A DNA stretch of 59,378 bases, filler included. It is 3 parts of 3 records of this genome, joined end to end, with 100 filler letters (N's around TTAATTAATTAA, not from the genome) between each part and the next. Parts side by side here need not be neighbours in the genome. Positions count along the whole stretch, not along the records: positions 20,721 to 41,890 come from SRR31156797_3968; 2 more parts are not named here. One strand, given 5' to 3'. The position numbers and the translations under genes were made by a program. Shown piece by piece: positions 22,997 to 31,710 of the stretch. A model generated the notes under the pieces. That model made no database searches. It worked only from the letters and a program-made list of their open reading frames with translations, and was not told where the DNA came from. Every line of letters starts with the position of its first letter. Within the stretch, counting starts at the first letter, position 1.

Positions 22997-24921
22997 AAAT
23001 TTATAGTATACATATTCACCAGCATGTACGACTGTTTGGAAAGGCTATCCTTTTAAAATATTGGAGTGTAGTTTTACTATGTGTACTGCTTTTCTTATTT
23101 TCTTCAATAGCTTATTCTTCTACTTCAACTATTGATAGTCTGAAAGCCAGAATTCAAACAGAAACGAACGATTCAATAAAAGTAAGACTGTATTATTCTT
23201 TGGGTGCGGATTTACTAACCAAATCTCATAATGAATCTTTACAATATTATCAGCAGTGTTACGAACTGGCTAAAAAAACGAAGGATACCATGTATATGGT
23301 GCACAGCCTGGTGGGTATGTGCGACTTTTACAATGTAATAGGAGAATACAAAAAGGCCATTTTGTATGTAACTGAAGCGATGGACTTATTAGGGGATGAG
23401 GATTATAACGAATTAAGTTATTGCTATGGTCGTCTGGCTACTGTATATGCCGATATGGGATTAAACGAAAAAAGCATGCAGTATGATCGGATGAGTATTG
23501 CTTGCAACCGGAAGATTAATAATAGAGAAGGACTGGCCTACGATTATAGTAATATAGCTACTTATTTTTTGGATGAAGAAAACCCGCAACCTGATTCTGC
23601 GATTTATTATTATAGTAAGGCGACAACATATTTGGATGATACTACGGATGATTTAACGAGTTTTATTTGGGGAGGATTGGGTGATGCCTATTTTTTTAAA
23701 GCCGAATACGATAAAGCTTTGCGATATCAGCAAAAAGCGTATCAGAACTTTTTAAAGTCGAATTCAATCTATGATTTAGTGTACGAAGAAAATGCCTTAG
23801 CGGGTACTTTCATGAAAATGCAGCAAAAAGACAGTGTACTTTTTTATTTGGCAGAAGCCGAATCACATTCGAAATTGCTGAATAATTTAAGCTGTTTGGT
23901 TGATGTGTATAATTTATACTATAAGTATTATAATGAGCAGGGAGATTATAAAAAGGCTTTGGAATATGTCAGGTTAGAACAAGCATATTCGGATTCTGTA
24001 TCTCAAAAAAACAATGAGAACGAACTACATCTTTTGCATTATTCAATTGATATTGAAGAACAACAAAATATTCTGAATTCAGAAACTGCAATTCACCACA
24101 AGCTTGTTTTACACCGAACTTTATTGCTTATTTTTTTTACAATTAGTGTTAGTCTTTTGGCGGCATATCTGGTTTTGATTTATAAACGAAAACAAGAAAT
24201 TAGACAGCATACGGATTTAATTACACAGGTGGATAACGGAAATTATGCGATCAAAAGAATTCTTTCTATTATAGGTCATGATTTAAGAGATTCTGTTGGG
24301 AATTTAAAGCAATTTACCCGTTTGATGCATTACGAGCTATTGGATAACCGTTCTATAAAACAGATGGTTCAAAAGTTTATTCCTATGGTAGATTCTACCC
24401 ATAGTTTATTGGAAACTTTACTTGCCTGGACCAGATATAATGATGATAACTTTGTTCCACAATACGAACAGCTAAATGCATCAGAATTAATACAGCTAAC
24501 CATTAGTCATATGGAACATGTGGCAAATGCTAAAAAAATAAACCTGCATAGCCAGACAGGGGATGTGAGTTTTATGGCAGATAAAAACATGATGCTAACG
24601 GTATTAAGGAACCTGGTAAGTAATGCCATCAAGTACTCAGATCCGGGTTTGGATGTAGTTATATCTGCAAATCAAAAAGGGGATTATCTTGCTTTTTCTG
24701 TAAAAGATGAGGGGATTGGCATGAATGAGGAACAGGTAAATCTCATATTTAAGGAACATAATACAACGCATACCAAAGGTACACTTGGCGAAAGCGGTTC
24801 GGGACTTGGTTTATCTTTGTGTCATTCTTTTATATTAAAGCATGGAGGCGTTCTTAAGGTTGAGAGCCACCCAGACAAGGGAAGTACATTTACTTTCTCC
24901 ATTCCGATAAAAAACAGTTAG
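22993..24921 (+). CDS. TPR-repeat membrane sensor histidine kinase (paralog of the upstream gene)
   Basis: Same architecture; IIGHDLRDSVGNLK, RNLVSNAIKY, DEGIG, GSGLGL; start uncertain (GTGA overlap). Confidence 0.88.
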   Translation: MKIYSIHIHQHVRLFGKAILLKYWSVVLLCVLLFLFSSIAYSSTSTIDSLKARIQTETNDSIKVRLYYSLGADLLTKSHNESLQYYQQCYELAKKTKDTMYMVHSLVGMCDFYNVIGEYKKAILYVTEAMDLLGDEDYNELSYCYGRLATVYADMGLNEKSMQYDRMSIACNRKINNREGLAYDYSNIATYFLDEENPQPDSAIYYYSKATTYLDDTTDDLTSFIWGGLGDAYFFKAEYDKALRYQQKAYQNFLKSNSIYDLVYEENALAGTFMKMQQKDSVLFYLAEAESHSKLLNNLSCLVDVYNLYYKYYNEQGDYKKALEYVRLEQAYSDSVSQKNNENELHLLHYSIDIEEQQNILNSETAIHHKLVLHRTLLLIFFTISVSLLAAYLVLIYKRKQEIRQHTDLITQVDNGNYAIKRILSIIGHDLRDSVGNLKQFTRLMHYELLDNRSIKQMVQKFIPMVDSTHSLLETLLAWTRYNDDNFVPQYEQLNASELIQLTISHMEHVANAKKINLHSQTGDVSFMADKNMMLTVLRNLVSNAIKYSDPGLDVVISANQKGDYLAFSVKDEGIGMNEEQVNLIFKEHNTTHTKGTLGESGSGLGLSLCHSFILKHGGVLKVESHPDKGSTFTFSIPIKNS

Positions 24922-24960
24922 CAGTGATCAATTAACAGTAAATCAGTTCTCAGTTAGCAA
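24915..24960 (+). repeat. Degenerate heptamer tandem repeat (CAGTNAN)
   Basis: cagttag cagtgat caattaa cagtaaa(t) cagttct cagttag. Confidence 0.6.
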
Positions 24961-25631
24961 TCCCCAGTAAAAAGTTCTTAGTTATTAGGAAACAAGGAGC
25001 ATGGAATAAGTATAAAAGTTTGGAGATATAATACTTGTTGTCCAATGTCCATTTACTAATCTTCGGCCACATGCAGTAATTGTTTTCTAACCAGTATAAG
25101 TTCAACAAATAAATAGTTTCAATACTTCCAGCTACTTCGGTAACCAACATCACTTTGCTGCTTGTAACCACTTTTCTTTGTCCAGTAAGCGGCGAAACAA
25201 TGGTGCTGTATTTTACCGAGTCGGTTTTAACAAAGATTTAAAAGTGTATTTGTTGTTGTAATGCTTTTTTAAGAGTTGAGACTGTTTGTTTAAGCCCTCA
25301 AAGGAATAAGTAACACATAATTAATGTTTGTTTTGAATTATTGATCGGCGATAGTCAATTGCTAATTAGGTATATATATATGTAAGTCTTTTTACCAGAA
25401 ATGCGTAGATGACACAAAGGTTATTGTTTTTAGCATCTCTGTATGGATATACTTTGATGTGAGTGTATTTTAATAGCTTATTTCTGCTCATTTATCTACA
25501 TTTATTAAATAATTATGTATGATAAACAATAAATAATACATGTTTTGTAACTCAAAAAGATAATTGCCGTTAATCAATTAAATAAATAGGATATTTAAAT
25601 ATTTGTATTAATTAAATTATTACCTAATACT

Positions 25632-27440
25632 ATGATATTAAAAAAGCTAATTATTAAAAACTTCCGTGGTTATGATAACCTCGAAGTCCCTTTTGACAAA
25701 AAATTCAATGTTATAATTGGAAAGAATGATATAGGCAAATCAACAATCCTAGAAGCTCTGGAAATATTTTTTAATAACAATAATTCAGTCAAACTTGAAA
25801 TTCAGGATTTACATGTTTGGGCTATACGGAAGGAGATAACCATTGGTGTTATTTTTGAAATTGATAAAAATGAAGAATATTTGATTGATTCAGACACGAA
25901 GACAAATCTTGTAGATGAATTCTTATTAAATGAAGATGGAGATTTAGAAATTCATAAAGTTTGGGATTGTACAAAGAATTTATCTGCAAAAAGTTTAAGT
26001 ACATACTTAATTGCAGATTATCCAATAGAATTTGCAGAAACGCCATTGGTTACACTAAAAATATCAGAACTTAAAAAGATTGTTAAGGAAAGAAATGTTG
26101 AATAGAGTGTTGAAGATAAAAGAACTTCATCTGAATATAGAAAAGTTATTTATGAAACTGTAGATACAGCTTCAAAGCAAAAATTAAAAATTGCAGTAGA
26201 TAAAGAAGATGCAAAAGCAATTTGGGGAAGTTTGAGTGCGGAACTTCCCTTTTTTGCATTATTTCAGTCTGATAGACAGAATAAGGATAGTGATAAAGAA
26301 GTACAAGACCCTTTAAAAATAATAACAAAGCAAGCTATTGCAGAGAAAGAAAAAGAGCTACAACAGGTTATCGATGAAATTAGAGCAAAAGCTGAGGCAA
26401 AAGGACAAAAAACTATAGATAAGCTAAGTGAAATGGATGCTGATATTGCGAAAAGTTTATCTCCAAATGTTAGTAATAGAAATTGGGATAGTCTTTTTAG
26501 TTTTTCATTTACAGGAGATGAAGGTATTCCGCTAAATAAAAGAGGAAGTGGTGTCCGCAGATTAATTTTATTGAATTATTTCAGAGCAGAAGCTGAGGAA
26601 AATCAGAGTAGTTCTAAAGGAGTAATATATGCGATTGAAGAGCCGGAAACATCACAACATCCAAATTTCCAGATTATGCTTATTAACTCACTAATTGCGT
26701 TATCCGAGAGTGAGAATAAGCAAGTGATTATTACAACACATAGTCCAGAAATCGCAAAAATTGCCTCAAATCAGAATTTGATTATGGTTTCTCGTAATGG
26801 AGATGATAAGCCAAATATTATTTCAGATGTGGAAGTTAAGTTATCAGCAATTAAAGAAACGTTAGGTATTATGCCATATTTAAGTAAGTTAGTAATATGT
26901 GTAGAGGGAGAACACGATATAAGCTTCTTGAAAAATGTGAATAAAATACCTGAATTTAAAGAGATAATCGATTTTGAATCGGAAAGAATTTCAATAATCC
27001 CGTTACAAGGTGGTAATCTTAAAAATTGGGTTGACCGCAATTATTTAGAGCATACAAATGCAATAGAGTTTCATCTATACGATAGAGACACTAACTCTGG
27101 AAAAAATACAGAGCAATATTGTAAGCAATGTGATGAAATAAACGAACGAAAAAATGGTAGTTGTGCATTAATGACAGTGAAAAGAGAAATGGAAAATTAT
27201 ATACCAAAGGAAACTATAGAAGAATTCTTTGAAATTGATTGCTCATCAATAAAGGATTGGAGTATTGAAGATTTACCAAATTATATATCAAATAAAACAA
27301 AATATACAGAGCAAGCTGTAAAAGGAATTTTAAATGGAAAATTGGCATCTAACATAACTAAAGAAACTTTAGAGCAGATGGATGCTTTTGAAGAGGTAAG
27401 AAGTTGGTTTGAGATAATTTCCCGAATGAATAATAATTAA
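25632..27440 (+). pseudogene. OLD-family ATP-dependent nuclease (ABC ATPase + TOPRIM) interrupted by one in-frame TAG at 26103-26105
   Basis: ORFs 25632-26105 and 26232-27440 share a frame and 26106-26231 is open (SVEDKRTSSEYRK...AIWGSL); Walker A GKNDIGKST, signature RGSGVRR, Walker B IYAIEEPE, ITTHSP, TOPRIM VEGEHD, YDRD, REMENY. Confidence 0.85.
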
Positions 27441-27483
27441 AGGCAATTAAATTTTAAATGGTTTAATCGAAAATAATATAGAA

Positions 27484-28677
27484 ATGGATTTTTTAGAAAT
27501 ATTATCATTTGTATTTGGAGCAATTATCTTAATATTTCCTTACAAATTAAAGAAGCGTTTTTCAGCTAAAGATTTAGGTTCTTTTGCTGCTGTTCTTGGA
27601 ATATTAGGAACCTTTGTCGGTGTTGCTATTGGACTATTCAATTTTCATGAAGAGGATATACAAGGAAGCATACCATTATTGTTAGATGGGTTAACAACTG
27701 CATTTATAACATCCATCATTGGAATGGGAGTTTCTCTTGTTTTAAGAATATGGCCACATATTTATGGAATTAAAGAGGATGTAGAAAATGAAAAGGATGC
27801 AACAATTGAAACATTAGCAGTATTACTAAAAAGTATAAGAGATAATCAAGTAGAAAGCAATAAAACTTTAATAAAAACATTAAATGGAGACGGAGATTCT
27901 ACTATAATAACTCAAATACAAAAGTTAAGAACTACTACATCCGATAGGTTAGAAGAGGTGAATAAGTCATTTAACAGTTTCGCTGAAAAAATGGTCGCCA
28001 ATAATACTCAGGCATTGATTGATGCTCTAACTGATGTTATGAAAGATTTCAATACAAAGATAAATGAACAATTTGGCGAGAATTTTAAAGAGTTAAATAA
28101 TGCTGTACGATTGATGGTTGAGTGGCAAAATAATTATAAGGAACAAATTGATATGTCAATTGCACAACTAGTTAATACTGCTCATTCATTGTCAGATACA
28201 GAGAAGTCCATTGGTTTAATATCTAATAGTTCTACAGTAATGGTCGCAGCTAGTGAGAAAATGGAAATTGCATTAGGAAATATTATTAATGGTTTGGGGA
28301 GCTTAAATGAAATTGGCGAAAAAGCTCAAACTGCATTGCCAAGAATAAATGACAATATTGAACTATTGACTACAAACTTTACTGAAAGAATAAAATCATC
28401 TATTGAAGAAATTCAAAAGCAAAGTGTGAACTTGACAGATACTCAGGACAAAATTAAAGAAGTTACATTAAGTCGAATAGATAATGTAAATGCAAGTATT
28501 GAGAAACAGTTTAAGGAATTAGACGAAGCGTTATCTTATGAATTAACAAAAGCATTAGAGGCTTTAGGAAATCAGTTAGCTTCAGTCTCTAATAAGTTTG
28601 TTCAAGATTATATTCCATTAACAAATAAGCTTCAAGAAGTATTAAGTATTGCAGAACGAATTGAATTGAGGAATTAA
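27484..28677 (+). CDS. zorA: Zorya ZorA (MotA/TolQ/ExbB-like TM domain plus long helical tail)
   Basis: Three TM segments incl. LGILGTFVGVAIGL and LLDGLTTAFITSIIG, then a coiled-coil tail (DFNTKINEQFGENFKELN); precedes the MotB-like gene. Confidence 0.82.
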   Translation: MDFLEILSFVFGAIILIFPYKLKKRFSAKDLGSFAAVLGILGTFVGVAIGLFNFHEEDIQGSIPLLLDGLTTAFITSIIGMGVSLVLRIWPHIYGIKEDVENEKDATIETLAVLLKSIRDNQVESNKTLIKTLNGDGDSTIITQIQKLRTTTSDRLEEVNKSFNSFAEKMVANNTQALIDALTDVMKDFNTKINEQFGENFKELNNAVRLMVEWQNNYKEQIDMSIAQLVNTAHSLSDTEKSIGLISNSSTVMVAASEKMEIALGNIINGLGSLNEIGEKAQTALPRINDNIELLTTNFTERIKSSIEEIQKQSVNLTDTQDKIKEVTLSRIDNVNASIEKQFKELDEALSYELTKALEALGNQLASVSNKFVQDYIPLTNKLQEVLSIAERIELRN

Positions 28678-28682
28678 TTAGT

Positions 28683-29375
28683 ATGGAATTAGGTAATAAT
28701 AAAAGTGATAGTCATTGGATTCATATCTCAGATTTAATGTCTGTGTTAATGATGGTATTCTTGTTTATTGCTATCAGTTATATGTTTGTTGTAAAGGAGC
28801 AATTTACAACGATTAAGGAAATTGCAGTAACCTATAATAAACTGCAACATGATTTGTATAATGATTTGTATGAAGAATTTAAAGATGATTTAGATGACTG
28901 GAATGCAGAAATAGATAGTACTACTATTTCTGTTAAATTTAAAGCTCCAGAAGTTCTATTTAGCCCTGGCGAAGCTGAATTACAACGAGAATTTAAATCT
29001 ATATTAAATGATTTTTTTCCAAGGTATCTAAAAATAATCACCGACTCAGTTTATGTTCAGGATATTGAGGAAATAAAGATCGAAGGCCATACTTCAAGTG
29101 AAGGAAAAGTTGGGATGTCAAAAGACCTTGCATATATCTATAACATGGATTTATCTCAAAAAAGAGCATTTTCAACATTCAACTATATCTATAAATATTT
29201 GATTCCTTACACAAAAAAAGATTGGGCTATAAAACATCTTACAGCAACTGGGTTGTCATTTAGTAAAATTAAACTGGATGAAAATGGAGAAGAAAATAGA
29301 CGACAATCTAGGCGTGTAGAATTTAGAATTAGAACTAATGCGGAAAAAAGAATGGTTAAGATTTTAAATCAATAA
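28683..29375 (+). CDS. zorB: Zorya ZorB (MotB/OmpA-like)
   Basis: WIHISDLMSVLMMVFL TM with conserved Asp; OmpA-like IEGHT, NMDLSQKRA, SRRVEF. Confidence 0.87.
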   Translation: MELGNNKSDSHWIHISDLMSVLMMVFLFIAISYMFVVKEQFTTIKEIAVTYNKLQHDLYNDLYEEFKDDLDDWNAEIDSTTISVKFKAPEVLFSPGEAELQREFKSILNDFFPRYLKIITDSVYVQDIEEIKIEGHTSSEGKVGMSKDLAYIYNMDLSQKRAFSTFNYIYKYLIPYTKKDWAIKHLTATGLSFSKIKLDENGEENRRQSRRVEFRIRTNAEKRMVKILNQ

Positions 29376-29380
29376 AGAGA

Positions 29381-30208
29381 ATGAAACTAAAAGTAGATTT
29401 TTCGAATTTAGAAGCCATTTTAAAAAAAATGGGAGCAGAGTTGTATTCATTGACGGAAGTCAAGATAGAACAAACTGCTCTTGAGATATTGAAAAGTGAT
29501 GATGGTGCAGATGTAGATATAAATGATGATATAGAGTTTAGTACTGATGGTACACTAGTTCATAAAGAAACAGGAAAACCTGTTTTATTATACATTAGAG
29601 AACCATATGGACATTCTCCAAAATATCATATCGCAAGTTGTAGTACACTCAAAGCTTATATAGATAATGGAAGAATTGAGAGATATGTAGCAGCATATCG
29701 TGATAAAGAAAATCCGTCAACAAGATTTAAAGTTAATTTATTACAAGAAGATGGATTTTCAAGAAAACCAGTTTGGAAAGAGTTGTATGTATGTAAGAAT
29801 TGCCTAAAGCAACTTAGTTATAAAGGGTATGGAGCAACTTATGCAAATAAAGAATCAATATATAATAGCTTTAATATAACTGAGTTTTTTGAGTTGTATG
29901 ATACTACAAAACACAATCAGAATCCTAAAAGACAAGAAAATGATTTTAATCAAGATGAATATCCATCTAATTGGTCAGTAATTAGCAGTCGCTATAAAAA
30001 AGGCATTAATTACACTTGTGAAAAGTGTAATCTATCATTAACTGATAATCCAAAATATCTTCATGTGCATCATTTAAATGGATATAAAATGGATTGTGAT
30101 GATAATAACTTGACTGCACTGTGTATAAAATGCCATGCTAATGAACCTCAGCATTCGCATTTGAAAAATCATCCAGATTATAATAGGTATCTATTATTAT
30201 TTGAATGA
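29381..30208 (+). CDS. zorE: Zorya type II ZorE HNH endonuclease
   Basis: KYHIASC, VCKNCL, CEKC...HVHHLNG...NNLTALCIKCH HNH/zinc motif; directly after zorB. Confidence 0.8.
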   Translation: MKLKVDFSNLEAILKKMGAELYSLTEVKIEQTALEILKSDDGADVDINDDIEFSTDGTLVHKETGKPVLLYIREPYGHSPKYHIASCSTLKAYIDNGRIERYVAAYRDKENPSTRFKVNLLQEDGFSRKPVWKELYVCKNCLKQLSYKGYGATYANKESIYNSFNITEFFELYDTTKHNQNPKRQENDFNQDEYPSNWSVISSRYKKGINYTCEKCNLSLTDNPKYLHVHHLNGYKMDCDDNNLTALCIKCHANEPQHSHLKNHPDYNRYLLLFE

Positions 30209-30322
30209 AAGCTTAAATTTTTGTCAGATTAAATTATTCTACTCGCTCTTTTCTTCAGAAGATCTTATTAATTATAGTAATACCTAATACAACGTACTAT
30301 TGGGTACACAATTAAAAAACAT

Positions 30323-30352
30323 AAAAAAAAACTGCCCGAGGGCAGCTTTTTC
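30323..30352. terminator. Bidirectional terminator between zorE and the convergent 218-aa gene
   Basis: A-run, ctgcc-cgag-ggcag, then cttttt. Confidence 0.75.
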
Positions 30353-30366
30353 TCTAATTAATCAGA

Positions 30367-31023
30367 CTAACTCCGAACAAACAAACCTACTGTTTCGAGG
30401 AGGTCGTTACGTTTGCCCAAGGCTATTTTAAGCAGGGTAATAAGTTCGCGATCGCGGGCAATCATTTTTTCCATGGCTTCGTTGCGTTTTTGCGTAGCCA
30501 CTTGTGCTTCACCCTTTTCTTTTTGTTGCTGTTGTTGCATGGCTGCCAGTACTTCTACTTCTGCTTTTTCGGCTTCCAGTGCTTCGGCACCTTTATTAAA
30601 GCGAGCCATTAGTGGCAGCAGGTTGGTATCGTTTAGTATGCCATCGTAAAAAGTACGCATACGTTCAATTTTAGCGTTAATAGCACTTGGCAGTGGAATA
30701 CCAATTTTAAGTGCCGTTTTAAAATCGGAGTTGGCCAATACCAATCGGGCAATACCCTCGGTGGCATCGTAGGAGCTTTCCACCAGGTCTAGTTTTTCAT
30801 CCCTCTGACTGGTAGCCGTGTACTGTTCGCTATACTCCTGTTTTTGTTGTTGATTTAGTGTTCGGGCATCAGTAATAAACCCCAGCGTTTCGTTAACATA
30901 TTCCGGGTTAATATTAAAATTCCCTACCATACTCATAATTTCAGGATTGGCTAAAGTGTTTTGCGCATGCATTTCTGCTAATGCAATTTTCTCATCAATG
31001 GATAGTTTGCTAAATGATTTCAT
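30367..31023 (-). CDS. Uncharacterised helical protein made of two ~105-aa internal repeats
   Basis: 218-aa ORF with its own terminator; halves align (LANPEIMSMVGNFN / LNDTNLLPLMARFN; QQQKQEYSEQYTATSQRDEKL / QQQQKEKGEAQVATQKRNEAM). Confidence 0.8.
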   Translation of the reverse strand: MKSFSKLSIDEKIALAEMHAQNTLANPEIMSMVGNFNINPEYVNETLGFITDARTLNQQQKQEYSEQYTATSQRDEKLDLVESSYDATEGIARLVLANSDFKTALKIGIPLPSAINAKIERMRTFYDGILNDTNLLPLMARFNKGAEALEAEKAEVEVLAAMQQQQQKEKGEAQVATQKRNEAMEKMIARDRELITLLKIALGKRNDLLETVGLFVRS

Positions 31024-31250
31024 TTTTTTATATTATTAGAATTAGTTCTATTAAATATAAAAAAAAATAAATAAGTTTTATTGGGGTGTCTTCTGATTTA
31101 AGGTGATTTGTTTTAATGTTCAAATAGTAAGTTGTTTGTGGTGTTGGTTTGTAGCGGAGTGTAAATGTTTTGTTCGAATTATTTAGTGTGTGATTATAAT
31201 TTATATTCACTATGGTTGTTGTTGTTTAAAGTTACTATGTAGTCTCAAAA

Positions 31251-31553
31251 AATGGTTTTGTAAGCAAAAAAATGACTTTGTAGGCACAAACAATCACTTT
31301 GTAGCCATAAGTAATGACTTTGTAGGCACGAGTATTCATTTCGTAACTAAAAGTAATGATTTCGTAAGTACAAAAAATCATTTTGTAACTCAAACTAATG
31401 ATTTTGTAATCATGACCAATAATTTCGTAGAGGGAAGTATTGATTTTGTAATCATGAGGAATCATTTTACAGCCAGAATAATGACTTTGTAGGTACGAAC
31501 AATCATTTCGTAGGCTAAAAAATGATTTTGCAGGATCAACCCATCATTTCGTA
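31251..31553. repeat. Degenerate tandem array: 15 copies of a 12-bp core AAT(G/C)A(C/T)TT(C/T)GTA separated by 8-9 variable nt (21-bp period, 42-bp higher-order period)
   Basis: Cores start at 31251, 31271, 31292, 31313, 31334, 31355, 31376, 31397, 31418, 31439, 31460, 31480, 31501, 31521, 31542; a possible degenerate copy at 31230. Confidence 0.92.
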
Positions 31554-31564
31554 ATTTCATTTTG

Positions 31565-31607
31565 TTAAAATGTTTAATTAATGAGTTTAAAAGGTTAAAC
31601 ATTTTAA
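31565..31607. promoter_or_regulatory. Perfect 13-bp inverted repeat, putative operator or hairpin
   Basis: TTAAAATGTTTAA-N17-TTAAACATTTTAA between the array and the DoxX gene. Confidence 0.45.
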
Positions 31608-31710
31608 ATTGCTCCACGTTACTTTAAAGTAGTTAATGGTATAATTAGAAATGGGTTTGGACTAGAGTTATGGGGGAGTGAAGTTTGTTTCATCAATTAA
31701 AAATAGAAAA

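Noticed and set aside
25632-27440. Gabija (GajA) or retron-associated effector
   Set aside because: No UvrD-like GajB helicase or reverse transcriptase is adjacent
27484-29375. Flagellar MotAB or ExbBD/TolQR pair
   Set aside because: The long helical tail on the A subunit, the HNH gene directly downstream and the absence of flagellar or TonB genes fit Zorya better
31251-31553. CRISPR array
   Set aside because: Cores are only 12 bp and degenerate, spacers are 8-9 nt and related to each other, and no cas genes are present in the contig
30367-31553. Firm call as a TIGR-Tas system
   Set aside because: Alternating repeats with ~9-nt spacers are reminiscent, but the unit is 42 bp, clear box C/D motifs are not evident and the neighbouring protein shows no recognisable Nop, RuvC or HNH domain; kept only as an analogy
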